A DNA stretch of 64,000 nucleotides from Gemmatimonadota bacterium (GTDB lineage Bacteria > Gemmatimonadota > Gemmatimonadetes > Gemmatimonadales > GWC2-71-9): the NCBI GenBank assembly GCA_009692115.1, contig SHZU01000001.1:324345-388344 (forward strand), written 5' to 3'. Positions 35,337 to 46,188 of the stretch are shown in pieces. The notes under the pieces were generated by a model, which was not told the origin of the DNA, ran no database searches, and was given only the letters and a program-made list of their open reading frames with translations. Position numbers and translations under genes: made by a program. Each line of letters opens with the position of its first letter. The first letter of the stretch is position 1.

Positions 35337-37415
35337 CTACCGGCCCAGCGCGCCGAGCCAGGGGGCAATGACGAGTGAAACGATCGCCATGACTTTAATG
35401 GAGATGCTGATAGCCGGCCCCGAGGTGTCCTTGAATGGATCGCCTACGGTATCGCCGACGACGGCGGCCTTGTGGGGGTCGGATCCCTTCCCGCCGTGAA
35501 GACCTTTTTCAATATACTTCTTGGCATTGTCCCAGGCACCACCGGCGTTGGCCATCATCAGGGCCAGGAGCGCTCCCATCACCATCGAACCCGCGAGCAG
35601 GCCGCCGAGAGCCGCCGTGCCGAGAAAATACCCGACCACGACCGGGCTCAGCACCGCAATGAGGCCCGGCACCACCATCTCCCGGAGCGCTGCCGTGGTC
35701 GCGATGTCGACGCACCGGGCGGTATCCGGTTCGCCGGTCCCTTCGAGGAGACCCTTGATTTCCCGGAATTGGCGCCGGACCTCGGTGACAACCTCCTGCG
35801 CGGCGTTCCCGACCGCCGTCATGGTCCGCGCCCCGATCAGCATCGGAATCACGCCCCCGATCAACAGGCCGATCACCACCCGGAAATCGAGCAGGTTGAG
35901 GTCGAGCGGGTGACCCAACGCCCGGCCCACGGCCGTGGCGTAGGCCGCGAACAACGCCACCGCGGTCAGCACCGCCGAGGCGATGGCAAAGCCCTTCCCG
36001 ATCGCGGCAGTCGTGTTGCCCAGGGCATCGAGTTCGTCCGTGATGGCCCGGACCTCCTTGCCCAAGTGACCCATTTGGGCGATCCCGCCGGCGTTGTCGG
36101 CGATCGGCCCGTAGGCGTCGACCGTCATGATCACGCCCGTCGTGGCCAGCATGCCCACGGCCGCCAGCGCGACGCCCATCAGGCCGGCCTGGCTGTTGGC
36201 CAGGTAGATGACAAGACAGATGACGAGGGCCGGACCGATGACCGACTCCATCCCGATCGCGAGGCCTGCGATCAGGTTCGTGGCAGGCCCGGTTTTCGAC
36301 GCCTCCGCAATCCGGTACACCGGCTTCGACGACGTGTACCACTCCGTCATCAGGCCCACGATCACCCCACCGACGGTGCCCGCGATGATCGCCCAATAGA
36401 ATCCGGCGCCCGAGTACTGGTCGCCGACCGGCAGCGCCCACACCAAGCCAAGGGCGAAGACCAAGAAGAGCACCGCCCCGATGGCCTGGACCAGCCGAAG
36501 CGCCCGGGCGGCCGAGCCACGGGCCAGGATCTTCATCGACGCGAGCGCCAGGCCCGACGCGGCTAAGCCCGCCACGATCAGCGCGAACGGCAGCAGGGTG
36601 GCGTTGAGCCGGGCCATGCCGACCAACCCCATCCCGGTTGCCGCGAGGACCGCCGCCGACACGGTGGCATCGACGTAGCTCTCGAAAATGTCGGCGCCCA
36701 TGCCGGCAATGTCGCCCACGTTATCACCCACATTGTCGGCGATGACGGCCGGATTCCGGGGGTCGTCCTCGGGGATTCCGGCCTCGACTTTGCCCACCAG
36801 ATCGGCCCCCACATCCGCGGCCTTGGTGTAGATCCCGCCGCCCACCCTGGCAAAAAGGGCGATCGACGACGCCCCCATCGCGAACCCGGCAATGATCTCG
36901 GAAAACTTGTCGAACTGCGCATCGGTCGGAACGACGCCGGGCGTCAACCCCAGCAGCGCGTCGAGCATGAACCCGAGGCCAAGGAGGCCGAGCGAAGCCA
37001 CCGCAAGGCCCATGACCGCGCCGCCGCCGAACGCGACCGAGAGCGCCGCCGCCGACCCCTCGGCGCGGGCCGCCTCGGCGGTCCGGACGTTGGCCTTGGT
37101 GGCCGCCCGCATCCCGGTAAAGCCCGCCAGAGCCGAGCAGAGCGCGCCGAAGATGAACGTCACCGCCACCTGCCACCCCACGGCAAACCAAAGCAAGGCG
37201 GCCACCACCAGCATGACCGGGAAGAGCACAGTGTACATCCGGCGCAGAAACGCCATCGCCCCCTGTTCGATCCGGCCCGCGATGACGACCAATTCGCCGG
37301 TCCCGGTCGGTCGCTTGACGATCGAGCGGAACACCAGAATGGCGAGGACGAGTCCGATACCCCCAGCCACCGGGGAGTACCGCGCTAGGAGGAAAACCCA
37401 TTCCGCTGCCGACAC
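35337..37415 (-). CDS. hppA: Membrane-bound H+-translocating pyrophosphatase
   Basis: [64 protein letters not shown] 37415 with GGAG 6 nt upstream is preferred over the ORF start at 37493. Confidence 0.9.
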   Translation of the reverse strand: MSAAEWVFLLARYSPVAGGIGLVLAILVFRSIVKRPTGTGELVVIAGRIEQGAMAFLRRMYTVLFPVMLVVAALLWFAVGWQVAVTFIFGALCSALAGFTGMRAATKANVRTAEAARAEGSAAALSVAFGGGAVMGLAVASLGLLGLGFMLDALLGLTPGVVPTDAQFDKFSEIIAGFAMGASSIALFARVGGGIYTKAADVGADLVGKVEAGIPEDDPRNPAVIADNVGDNVGDIAGMGADIFESYVDATVSAAVLAATGMGLVGMARLNATLLPFALIVAGLAASGLALASMKILARGSAARALRLVQAIGAVLFLVFALGLVWALPVGDQYSGAGFYWAIIAGTVGGVIVGLMTEWYTSSKPVYRIAEASKTGPATNLIAGLAIGMESVIGPALVICLVIYLANSQAGLMGVALAAVGMLATTGVIMTVDAYGPIADNAGGIAQMGHLGKEVRAITDELDALGNTTAAIGKGFAIASAVLTAVALFAAYATAVGRALGHPLDLNLLDFRVVIGLLIGGVIPMLIGARTMTAVGNAAQEVVTEVRRQFREIKGLLEGTGEPDTARCVDIATTAALREMVVPGLIAVLSPVVVGYFLGTAALGGLLAGSMVMGALLALMMANAGGAWDNAKKYIEKGLHGGKGSDPHKAAVVGDTVGDPFKDTSGPAISISIKVMAIVSLVIAPWLGALGR

Positions 37416-37505
37416 ACTTGGCTCCAGTCGCGCACCGCCTTCGCGGCGCGCCGTCACGATTTCCCTCACGGCCGGGTCCCCGGGGGACCACAACCAGCCG
37501 TCGGC

Positions 37506-38963
37506 CTATTTGCTGTAGTTGGGTGCTTCTCGCGTGATCGTCACATCGTGGGGATGCGACTCGCGCAGCCCCGCGGCGGTGATCTGGACCATTTCGGTGT
37601 CCCGCTGAAGACCGCCGATATCGGCGGAACCACAGTATCCCATCCCGCTCCGAAGCCCGCCCACCATCTGGAACAGCACGTCGCCCACCGGCCCGCGGTA
37701 GGGCACCCGGCCTTCGATGCCTTCCGGCACCATCTTCGACGGCGCAAGCTCACCGTCCTGGAAGTAGCGATCGGCCGAACCATCCTGCATGGCCGACAGG
37801 CTTCCCATCCCGCGAATCATCTTGAACCGCCGGCCTTCGGCCAGCACCGACTCCCCGGGACTCTCCTCCGTCCCAGCCAGCATCGAACCCATCATGACCG
37901 AGGAGGCCCCGCAGGCGATCGCCTTGACGATATCGCCCGAATACTTGATCCCCCCGTCGGCGATGATCGGCACCCCGTCCGCGCCCCGGACCGCCTCGAG
38001 GATGGCGGTGATCTGCGGCACCCCGACCCCGGTCACAACCCGCGTCGTGCAAATACTGCCCGGTCCGATCCCGACCTTGATGGCATCGACACCCCGCCGA
38101 GCCATTTCTCGCGCCCCCGCCTCGGTGGCCACGTTGCCGCCGACCAGCTGGGCGTCAGGGAACCGGTTCCGGAGTTGATCGAGAACATCGAGCACACCCG
38201 CACTGTGGCCGTGGGCCGAATCGACCACCAGCACGTCGGTGCCGGCATCGAGCAACGCCTTGGCCCGGTCGAGCGTGTCGGGGCTCGCGCCGAGCGCGGC
38301 CGCGACCCGAAGCCTGCCGTGCTGATCCTTGTTGGCGTCCGGATACCGGAGCCGCTTGAAAATATCTTTGACCGTGATCAGCCCGCGGAGGATACCATGC
38401 TCATCGACGACCGGCAACTTCTCAATCCGGTGTTTGGCCAGGGTCCGTTGGGCCTCGTCGAGGGTGGTCCCGACCGGGGCGGTGACCAGTCCCTCTCGGG
38501 TCATGGCCATCTCGATCGGTTGGTCCAAATCGCGCTCGAATTGGAGGTCGCGATTCGTGATGATGCCGATCAGCTTGCCCTGGGCGTCGACGATCGGCAC
38601 ACCCGAGATCCGAAAGCGCTTCATCAGGGTGGCCGCTTCCCGGATGGGCCGGTCGGGGCCGAGCGTGATGGGATTCAGGATCATCCCACTCTCGCTCCGC
38701 TTGACCCGATCCACCTCGGCCGCCTGCCGATCGATCGTCATGTTCTTGTGAATCACCCCGATCCCGCCGGCCCGGGCCATGGCTATGGCCATCTCGGCTT
38801 CGGTAACCGTATCCATGGCCGCCGCCACCAGCGGGATATTGAGGGGGATGGCGCGAGTGAACAGGCTCTGGATCGAAACCTCACGGGGATGGACGGTGCT
38901 GTGCCGGGGCACCAGCAGGACATCATCGAAGGTGAGGGCAACCCCGGGGCGCAGGGTGCTCAT
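37506..38963 (-). CDS. guaB: IMP dehydrogenase
   Basis: ATG 38963. [24 protein letters not shown] pair, [29 protein letters not shown]. Confidence 0.95.
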   Translation of the reverse strand: MSTLRPGVALTFDDVLLVPRHSTVHPREVSIQSLFTRAIPLNIPLVAAAMDTVTEAEMAIAMARAGGIGVIHKNMTIDRQAAEVDRVKRSESGMILNPITLGPDRPIREAATLMKRFRISGVPIVDAQGKLIGIITNRDLQFERDLDQPIEMAMTREGLVTAPVGTTLDEAQRTLAKHRIEKLPVVDEHGILRGLITVKDIFKRLRYPDANKDQHGRLRVAAALGASPDTLDRAKALLDAGTDVLVVDSAHGHSAGVLDVLDQLRNRFPDAQLVGGNVATEAGAREMARRGVDAIKVGIGPGSICTTRVVTGVGVPQITAILEAVRGADGVPIIADGGIKYSGDIVKAIACGASSVMMGSMLAGTEESPGESVLAEGRRFKMIRGMGSLSAMQDGSADRYFQDGELAPSKMVPEGIEGRVPYRGPVGDVLFQMVGGLRSGMGYCGSADIGGLQRDTEMVQITAAGLRESHPHDVTITREAPNYSK

Positions 38964-39070
38964 GGGACGGGACTCTGAAAATGGAGGCAACCGACTGAGG
39001 GGAAAACACTTACCTGGGCCATGGGCAAACCTAGAAGCCTGACCCCATTGGGGCAAGCCGAGGGCCGGCC

Positions 39071-39424
39071 CTACCCTGCAGCCTTGGGCGGTAAGGCGGC
39101 ATCGCCGGGCTTGGCGCCGGGCTTGGTTTCCGCCGCGGAAATGGCTTCGTCGACCACCGCTTGCGCCGCCGCCGCGACCCCCTTCATGACCTTGGTGGCG
39201 CTGTCCATGATGCCAATCGTGCCGGAAATCGCCCTGACCGGGATCTTCCCGGCCCGCATCACATCCTCGACCGTTTCGGTCATCCGCGCAAACAGATTAG
39301 TCGGCGCCACCCGCTCGGCGTATTTGCTCTCGAGGAATTCGACGTAGTCGAGGATCTGATACCCCCGCTCATCGCTCATCGATTCGAGGCGGCGGACGAT
39401 CCGCTGCTTGAGGGTATCGTTCAT
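39071..39424 (-). CDS. Hypothetical protein, 117 aa (N-terminus DUF2281-like)
   Basis: [35 protein letters not shown]. Its ATG overlaps the upstream stop (ATGA 39421-39424). Confidence 0.5.
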   Translation of the reverse strand: MNDTLKQRIVRRLESMSDERGYQILDYVEFLESKYAERVAPTNLFARMTETVEDVMRAGKIPVRAISGTIGIMDSATKVMKGVAAAAQAVVDEAISAAETKPGAKPGDAALPPKAAG

Positions 39425-40503
39425 CGCGGCACCACCTTCACCAGTTCGAGAACAGGGGTCGGCAGATACTTCGTCCGACCGGCCCGAATAACGGCCTCGA
39501 TGGCCACTTCGTCGAGCGGGGCAAATTGACGGAACACCGCGGCCTGCTCACGGGTCACGATGAGGTAGGTAAATCCACTTTCCGGGAGCGGTCCTCGGGC
39601 CAGGACATAGGGCGCCCCCCGGGGAATCTCGGGTCGGAGCGGATCGGCTTCCTGCACGGCCAGGTACTGAACCCGCCACGACACCGTCTGGCCAACGTAT
39701 TTGCCCGGCTGGTCGCGGAGCATCACCGCGGTGATTCTCGGACCCGAGGCGGCCTCGGCCGCGAGGTCGGCGTTCCGGACCCAGCCCTCGAACCGAACCT
39801 TGGTCCAGTCCCGGGTCCGGCCGATGACCTGAACCTCAGCCGACTGGACCAGGGTTGCCGCGGGCTTGCCATCGGGCGTGATCGAGAGGACCGCACCCGG
39901 GCGGACCGTTGCGCCGTCCGAGACGGTGGAGTCGGCTGGCGGATCTCCTGGTGGCTTCGTCGCGGCCGGCAGAACCGGCGGTGGCGAGCCCGGTTTCACC
40001 GAATCCCGGCGGGTGGGAGGCGGCGGAGCGGCCTGGGCAACCGTTGGTTTGACGGCCGGTTCAGCTCGAAGCGAACCCCGAGCCACCCAGCCCGCTCGTC
40101 GAACCCGAACCCAGGTGCCCCGGGTCGAAACCTTGGATAACAGGGTGCCTTTTTGAACCCGGGCCACGATGGCACCGGAGGGCGTGGACCGAATGGCTAC
40201 GCCGGAGCCGGCGGTGACCGTCAGGTCAAAACCGTCCCGGGTCGAACGTTTAGTGGAGGCCACTGGGACCCACCCGTCGATGGTGGCTTCGACGTGGCCG
40301 CCATTGGCGCGACCGACCTGATAACTTACCCCGGCCACCAAGGAGCCGAGACGAATGCCGCCGGGATCTTTGAGAAGTGCCGCCGCGCTGGCAGCCCGTT
40401 GGCGGGCCTGGGCCGACGCGGTGGCCCCGAACGCGACGAGGGCCAGCGCGAGACAGACTGGTAGGCGACCCAGGCCAGGACTAGATTGGGGCAGCATCGA
40501 CAC
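39421..40503 (-). CDS. Secreted hypothetical protein with SH3b-like repeats and a Pro-rich linker
   Basis: Signal peptide ...LALALVAFGATASAQA. Repeated units of the form ...G(I/V)AIRSTPSGAIVARVQKGTLLSKVSTRGTWVRV. Pro-rich PPPPTRRDSVKPGSPPPVLPAATKPPGDPP. Confidence 0.55.
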   Translation of the reverse strand: MSMLPQSSPGLGRLPVCLALALVAFGATASAQARQRAASAAALLKDPGGIRLGSLVAGVSYQVGRANGGHVEATIDGWVPVASTKRSTRDGFDLTVTAGSGVAIRSTPSGAIVARVQKGTLLSKVSTRGTWVRVRRAGWVARGSLRAEPAVKPTVAQAAPPPPTRRDSVKPGSPPPVLPAATKPPGDPPADSTVSDGATVRPGAVLSITPDGKPAATLVQSAEVQVIGRTRDWTKVRFEGWVRNADLAAEAASGPRITAVMLRDQPGKYVGQTVSWRVQYLAVQEADPLRPEIPRGAPYVLARGPLPESGFTYLIVTREQAAVFRQFAPLDEVAIEAVIRAGRTKYLPTPVLELVKVVPR

Positions 40504-40533
40504 GATTTCGCATAGTAGACGGCGCCAGAGAGC

Positions 40534-42087
40534 ATGTCAAACCGAACGCCCCCCGTTGCGTTAATCGTCCTCGACGGGTGGGGCTACCGATCTGAATCCG
40601 CGCATAACGCGATTGAGTTGGGCCGCACTCCAGTGTGGCACCGGCTCTGGGAGTCATGTCCCCGGACCCTCCTGGATGCCAGCGGCTTGGCCGTCGGGCT
40701 TCCCGATGGGCAAATGGGCAACAGCGAGGTTGGCCACTTGAACTTGGGCGCCGGCCGGGTGGTACCCCAGGACTTGGTCCGGATCTCCGAATCGATGCGG
40801 ACCGGCGAGTTCTTCCGTCTCCCCCCACTCCTCGAGTTGGGCCGCCATCTCAAGCAGACCGGCGGCACGCTGCATTTGGTCGGACTGCTCGGCAACGGCG
40901 GGGTCCACGCCATCGACCACCATCTGCTCGCCGGCCTCGAACTCGGCATCAAGCTCGACGTCCCCCGGATCGCCGTGCACGGTTTCCTCGACGGCCGCGA
41001 TACGTTGCCGAAGTCGGGACAAGCCTTCGTGGCCACGCTCGCCGCCGACATCGCGAGGATCACCGGGGGGCGCGGTGCCATCGCCAGCCTGATCGGCCGG
41101 TACTTCGCCATGGACCGGGACAACCGGTGGGAACGGATTCGTCTGGCCTACGACCTGATGGTCAACGGCGCCGGAGTGGCGGCCACCGACCCGGTCGCGG
41201 CGATCGGGGACGCCTACCATCGGGGCGAAACCGACGAGTTCGTCAAGCCGATCGTCCTCCACCGCCACGAGGCCCCGGTGGCCCTGCTTCGCGACGGCGA
41301 CGCGGTCTTCTGCTTCAACTACCGAAGCGACCGGATGCGGCAGGTCGTCCGGGCCCTCCTGGTCGACGATTTTGACGGGTTCGACGTCACCGGCCGGCCG
41401 ACGCTCCACGGCGTCACGATGACGCAGTACGACCGGACCTTGCCGGTGCCCCAGGCGTTTCCGCCGTTCAACTTGGCCCGGATCCTCGCCGAGGTGTTGG
41501 CGGACGCGTCGCTCTCGCAATTCCGGACCGCGGAAACCGAGAAGTATCCTCACGTCACCTATTTCTTCAACGGGGGCGTCGAACCGCCGTACCTCGGCGA
41601 AGAGCGGCAGCTGATTCCGTCCCAAAAAGTGGCCACCTACGACTTGATGCCTGAGATGAGCGCCCCCGGCATTGCCGAGGCCCTCGTCACGGCGTTCGAG
41701 CGCCGGGACCATGCGTTTTATCTCTGTAATTTCGCCAACGCCGACATGGTTGGTCACACCGGCGTCCCGGGTGCCATCATCGAGGCCGTCGAAACCGTCG
41801 ACCAGTGTCTTGGTCGCATCCTGACGGTGGCCGAACGCACCGGCACCCGAATCCTGGTTACCGCCGATCACGGCAACTGCGAGATGATGGTCGACCCGGT
41901 TACCGGGGGACCCCATACCGCCCACACCACCAATCCGGTCCCGTTCGTGGCGCTCGGCACCCCCATCCGCGCGTTGCGGGCCGGGGGCGCCCTGTGCGAC
42001 GTGGCGCCGACGGTTCTCGAGCTCCTCGGGCTCGAGCAACCGGCGGAGATGACCGGTCGGAGTCTATCACGTGCCAATCAAACCTAA
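40534..42087 (+). CDS. gpmI: 2,3-bisphosphoglycerate-independent phosphoglycerate mutase
   Basis: ALIVLDGWG, GQMGNSEVGHLNLGAGR, LLGNGGVH, ADHGNCE. Confidence 0.95.
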   Translation: MSNRTPPVALIVLDGWGYRSESAHNAIELGRTPVWHRLWESCPRTLLDASGLAVGLPDGQMGNSEVGHLNLGAGRVVPQDLVRISESMRTGEFFRLPPLLELGRHLKQTGGTLHLVGLLGNGGVHAIDHHLLAGLELGIKLDVPRIAVHGFLDGRDTLPKSGQAFVATLAADIARITGGRGAIASLIGRYFAMDRDNRWERIRLAYDLMVNGAGVAATDPVAAIGDAYHRGETDEFVKPIVLHRHEAPVALLRDGDAVFCFNYRSDRMRQVVRALLVDDFDGFDVTGRPTLHGVTMTQYDRTLPVPQAFPPFNLARILAEVLADASLSQFRTAETEKYPHVTYFFNGGVEPPYLGEERQLIPSQKVATYDLMPEMSAPGIAEALVTAFERRDHAFYLCNFANADMVGHTGVPGAIIEAVETVDQCLGRILTVAERTGTRILVTADHGNCEMMVDPVTGGPHTAHTTNPVPFVALGTPIRALRAGGALCDVAPTVLELLGLEQPAEMTGRSLSRANQT

Positions 42088-42790
42088 CGTTGTCCTGCCG
42101 CTCGTCGCGGCCCTCGGTCTCCTGGTCCAGCCGGTCGGGGCCCAAGTCGGCCATGACCCGTCGCGGTCGCCCTATCGCGATCTTCGCTACGGCCAATTCG
42201 TCTCGCTCTCGGTTGGCAAGGCCTTTGGCGCGGGCGGCACCATCGGGGTGGGCCCCCACGATGGCGAGGTGGCTTGGCTCCGGCATGAGTTCCTTGGCGA
42301 CCGAACCGTGTCGGTTGGCCTGGCCGGGGGCTTCGCGCGGCTCGACCGCAACATTGCCTTTCCCAATTCGGTCAACAACCCGGTCCGGGGCCCGTTCCAG
42401 CACAACGTCTATTTCGCCGAAGGCACCATCCAGTTCAATCTGACCGGCGGCAAGACCTGGCATTCGGTTGCCCCGTACGCCAACGTCGGGTTGGGGTTTG
42501 CCTTGGGTGAAAAGCTCCCCGCCGACTCGAGCGGATACAAGCTGAAGACCAAGTTCTACCTCGCGCCGTCGGCCGGGGTCCGCCTGTTCCTGAGCCGCCG
42601 GATGTACGCCCGGGTGGAAGCCCGAGCCGTGTTCTGGAGCCTGACCTATCCAGGCACCTACCGGGGCACCGACCCCGACGGATTCGGGCCGGCCAATCCG
42701 ATTCTGGCCGGCCAGGCGCTCAAGGAATGGGCACCGGTCCCGATGATCCACGCCGGGCTTGGCTACGCCTTCAAAAATCCCTTCTTCTGA
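42071..42790 (+). CDS. Putative outer-membrane beta-barrel protein
   Basis: GTG 42071. Signal peptide VVLPLVAALGLLVQPVGAQ, alternating hydrophobic pattern, C-terminal ...GLGYAFKNPFF (terminal Phe). Confidence 0.55.
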   Translation: MPIKPNVVLPLVAALGLLVQPVGAQVGHDPSRSPYRDLRYGQFVSLSVGKAFGAGGTIGVGPHDGEVAWLRHEFLGDRTVSVGLAGGFARLDRNIAFPNSVNNPVRGPFQHNVYFAEGTIQFNLTGGKTWHSVAPYANVGLGFALGEKLPADSSGYKLKTKFYLAPSAGVRLFLSRRMYARVEARAVFWSLTYPGTYRGTDPDGFGPANPILAGQALKEWAPVPMIHAGLGYAFKNPFF

Positions 42791-42803
42791 TCGTCAACGG
42801 CTG

Positions 42804-43214
42804 ATGCGGATCCGTCTGACTCGGGCCGTGGCCTTCCGGGCCTTTCACCAGTTGGCCGACCGGACGCTCTCCCCACAGGAGAATCGAACCCGGTTCGGGT
42901 GGACCAGCGAGCCGCACGCCCATCACTACCGCTGTGAAGTGTCGGTGGCGGGGCCGGTTGACCACCGACTCCCGTTCGTGATCGACCTGCCGTTGCTCGA
43001 CCGGATCCTCGCAGACGAAGTGACGGCGCGGTTCGACGGCCGCCACCTTCACCGGGACGTCGCCCCGTTTACCGAGATCCTCCCGACATGCGAGGGCCTG
43101 GCCCGCGACGTGTTCGAGCGGATTGCCCGGCGACTCCCCCCGGGCACAACGCTCGACCGGGTGATGATCGCCGAGGACGCCGACCTCAGCGCCGAATGCC
43201 TTGGAGATGTCTGA
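42804..43214 (+). CDS. 6-pyruvoyl-tetrahydropterin synthase / QueD-family enzyme
   Basis: ATG 42804. AVAFRAFHQL..., EPHAHHYRCEVSVAG (HxH zinc motif), ...PTCEGLA. It overlaps the mobA start by 14 nt. Confidence 0.75.
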   Translation: MRIRLTRAVAFRAFHQLADRTLSPQENRTRFGWTSEPHAHHYRCEVSVAGPVDHRLPFVIDLPLLDRILADEVTARFDGRHLHRDVAPFTEILPTCEGLARDVFERIARRLPPGTTLDRVMIAEDADLSAECLGDV

Positions 43215-43809
43215 GCCGAAGGGGGCCATCCTGGCGGGCGGTCAGGCCCTTCGGTTCGGGGGCAAGCCCAAAGGCCTGGAGGAAATAGGCGGGGTGCGGA
43301 TGCTCGACCGATTGGTAGCGGCCATGACCGAGGCCTTTGGGACGCTGCCATTCCTGATCGCCAACGCCCCGGACGCCTCGGATTGGCACCCCGGCCTCCG
43401 GGTCCGGCCGGACCGGATTGCCGGGGCCGGAACGTTAGGCGGCATCCATGCCGCCATCCTGGCCGCCGAGGGCCCGGTGGTCTGTGTGGCGTGGGACATG
43501 CCCTTTGTGCCGGCCGGGCTCCTCCGTCTCATCGGTTCGCGGTTGACCGGTTTCGATGCCGTCCTCCCCGCCAGTCCCGGACCGCGAGGCATGGAGCCGC
43601 TCTGTGCCGGCTATGGTCCGGGGTGCACCGGTCCGATCGAGGCGGCCATCGCCCGACAGGACCTCCGGGCGGTCGGATTCCATCCCGACATTCGCCTCGA
43701 CCTCCTTGACCCGGCCGCGACCCGGCCGTTCGGCGATCCCGCCCGGCTCTTTTTCAACGTCAATACTCCGGAGGATCTGGCCCGGGCCAACCAGGCCGGA
43801 CCGGCTTAG
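43201..43809 (+). CDS. mobA: Molybdenum cofactor guanylyltransferase
   Basis: GAILAGGQALRFGGKPKGLEEIGG..., ...CVAWDMPFV.... Confidence 0.8.
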   Translation: MEMSEPKGAILAGGQALRFGGKPKGLEEIGGVRMLDRLVAAMTEAFGTLPFLIANAPDASDWHPGLRVRPDRIAGAGTLGGIHAAILAAEGPVVCVAWDMPFVPAGLLRLIGSRLTGFDAVLPASPGPRGMEPLCAGYGPGCTGPIEAAIARQDLRAVGFHPDIRLDLLDPAATRPFGDPARLFFNVNTPEDLARANQAGPA

Positions 43810-43863
43810 ACTGGGCTGGTCCCTCTTTCCCCGCCCCCAGGACCAAGGTATTCTCCCTCCTCT

Positions 43864-44362
43864 ATGCAGATCATCTCCATCATCGGCCACCAAAACGCGG
43901 GCAAGACCACGCTCCTTATCGCGCTCGCCCTGGAATTCCACCGCCGGAAGAAGCGGGTGGCCACGATCAAGCATGTCACTCACGCCCCCACGCTCGACCG
44001 GGAAGGCTCCGACACCCACCGGCATTTTCACGAGGGCCTCACCGACGGGGGCCTGATCGCGAGCCCCGACCTCCAGGCCGTGTTCGAACGCCGCCCCGAC
44101 GATACCGGACCCGAGGCCTTGGCGCGCCCGCCAGTACTTCGCCGACCGCGACCTGGTCCTCGTGGAAGGGTGCCGCCAAGCCCCGATCCCCAAGATCGAG
44201 ATTTTTCGGTCGGCCGGCGGACCGGCGCCAATTGCCGCCACCGCTCCGCATCCGGAACACTGGGTGGCCCTGCTCTCCGATGTGCCGGTACCCCAAGTCA
44301 GCTGCCCGGTTCTCCGCTTCACCGACACGATGTGGCCCCAACTCTTGGCGTCCATCGTCTAG
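43864..44362 (+). pseudogene. mobB: Molybdopterin-guanine dinucleotide biosynthesis adaptor MobB with a +1 frameshift near 44128-44132
   Basis: Frame 1: MQIISIIGHQNAGKTTLLIALALEFHRRKKRVATIKH...PEALAR. The MobB C-terminus QYFADRDLVLVEGCRQAPIPKIEIFRS... continues in frame 2 (ORF 44162..44362). One extra base in the CCCGCC run explains the shift. Confidence 0.7.
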
Positions 44363-44390
44363 GACCGCGCCAAGCCGCTCGAGTAGGCTG

Positions 44391-45644
44391 GTGCTCACCA
44401 GTCTGACCGCCCGAGAGGCTGCCGAACGCATCCAGGCAGCTGTTCCAGTCGGACCGCCGCTCCGGGTTCCCCTCGCATCAGCGTTAGGCAGTGTCCTCGC
44501 GGAATCGGTCATCAGCCCGATCGACGTGCCGTTTTGGGCCAACTCCGCCATGGACGGGTATGCCGTTCGGGCCGACGAGGTCCGCGGCGCCAGCGCGGCC
44601 GCGCCGGTTCGCCTGCGGGTCATCGAGCAGATCCCGGCGGGCACCTTTCCTACCCGGACGATCGGTGCCGGCCAGGCGGCCCGGATCTTCACCGGCGCCC
44701 CGCTTCCCGACGGCGCCGATTCGGTGATCCGGCAGGAGGACACCGACCTCGGCACCGACCTCGTCACGATCGTCAGGGATCGCGACTGCGGCGTCAACGT
44801 CCGCCGGGCGGGCGAAGACCTCAGGGCCGGCGCCTTGGTATTCGAGGCCGGCACCGCCCTCGGTCCGGCTCACCTCGGGGTCTTGGCGTCGCTCGCGATG
44901 GCGCACCCTGTGGTCTACCGCCGGCCCCGCGTCGCGATCCTCGGCAGTGGCGACGAGATCGTCGACGTCGACCAGCCCGATCTGATCTTGAGCGGCCGGA
45001 AGGTCGCCAGCTCGAACAACCACACCATGACGGCCATGGTCCGGTTGGCCGGCGGCGAACCGGTCTCCCTCGGCAATGCGGCCGACCGCCCCGAGGCCAT
45101 CCGGCGGCTGCTGGAGTCGGCCCTCGATTGTGACCTCATCGTCACTACCGCCGGCATCAGTGTCGGCGAACACGATCACCTCCGCGGTGTCCTTCAATCA
45201 ATGGGCGCCGAGATCGATTTCTGGAAACTTCGGATGCGGCCGGGCGCTCCGGTGGGCTTCGGGATGGTGAGCTCGGTTCCGTGGATCGGGTTACCCGGGA
45301 ACCCGGTGAGCGCGATGGTGACCTTCGAGCTGTTTGCCCGGCCGGCCATTCGGCGGATGATGGGCGAACCACTGCCATTCCGTCGCGCCGTTTCCGTCGC
45401 CCCCGCCGAGCCGATCCGGCTAGGTCCGGCACTCCAGCACTTTCTTCGGGCCCGCGTCACCGGCGACGGGGCCGAGGCCATCGCGTCGCTGACGGGGCCG
45501 CAGGGTTCGGGCATCCTCAAATCAATGGCCATCGCCAACGCGTTACTGATCGTTCCGGAGGGAGTCCAGCAGGTCGGGGTCGGCTCTCGCTTGGACGCTA
45601 TTCGGCTCGACGATCCGACCCACCTCGCCGCTCCACCGTTCTAG
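44391..45644 (+). CDS. moeA: Molybdopterin molybdenumtransferase
   Basis: GTG 44391 (inferred). SPIDVPFWANSAMDGYAVRA, RIFTGAPLPDGADSVIRQED, TTAGISVGEHDH, GLPGNPVSAMV. Confidence 0.9.
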   Translation: MLTSLTAREAAERIQAAVPVGPPLRVPLASALGSVLAESVISPIDVPFWANSAMDGYAVRADEVRGASAAAPVRLRVIEQIPAGTFPTRTIGAGQAARIFTGAPLPDGADSVIRQEDTDLGTDLVTIVRDRDCGVNVRRAGEDLRAGALVFEAGTALGPAHLGVLASLAMAHPVVYRRPRVAILGSGDEIVDVDQPDLILSGRKVASSNNHTMTAMVRLAGGEPVSLGNAADRPEAIRRLLESALDCDLIVTTAGISVGEHDHLRGVLQSMGAEIDFWKLRMRPGAPVGFGMVSSVPWIGLPGNPVSAMVTFELFARPAIRRMMGEPLPFRRAVSVAPAEPIRLGPALQHFLRARVTGDGAEAIASLTGPQGSGILKSMAIANALLIVPEGVQQVGVGSRLDAIRLDDPTHLAAPPF

Positions 45645-45665
45645 CACCCCCTCCCTGGCTGATTG

Positions 45666-46132
45666 ATGGAGAAGCCGATGCGACAGTTGTTCCGGCTGCT
45701 GGCCCTGGCCCCGCTGCTCATTCCGATCTGAAGTGCCGAGCCCCAAGCCGGCACCCAGGAGGTCAACGAGGTGAAGTCCACCCTCGACGCCATGTGGGCC
45801 GCCGTCGAGCGCGGAGATTCCGCGGGCTACGCGGTCTTCGTCCACCCGAACTTCACGCAATACGGCGAGAACGACGTCTACCTCACCTCAGGCAAAGACC
45901 TCGAGGTCCGATCGATGGCGGCCTACTTTCGGCGGGCCAAAGAGGTACACACCGAGATGCACCAGGCCGAGGTCACGGTGCGCGGCACCGTGGCGTGGAT
46001 CACCTCTATTGGACTGATGCGGGAACGTCAAACGGAACCCGGTTCACCAGCCGGGGAAAATCAACCAGGATCTTCGTCAAGGAAAACGGCCGCTGGCTTG
46101 GTATCCACGGCCACTACACCGCCGTTCCCTGA
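45666..46132 (+). pseudogene. SnoaL/DUF4440-like (NTF2-fold) secreted protein with in-frame TGA (45729-45731) and a 1-nt deletion near 46005
   Basis: MEKPMRQLFRLLALAPLLIPI, then TGA, then in frame SAEPQAGTQEVNEVKSTLDAMWAAVERGD...VTVRGTVAWIT. The family C-terminus YWTDAGTSNGTRFTSRGKSTRIFVKENGRWLGIHGHYTAVP continues in another frame (ORF 45281..46132). Confidence 0.6.
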
Positions 46133-46188
46133 GGATGTCGAGCGGCAGAGGCCGAGGCGAGAGTCCCGGTCGTGACCGCCCGGCGGTC

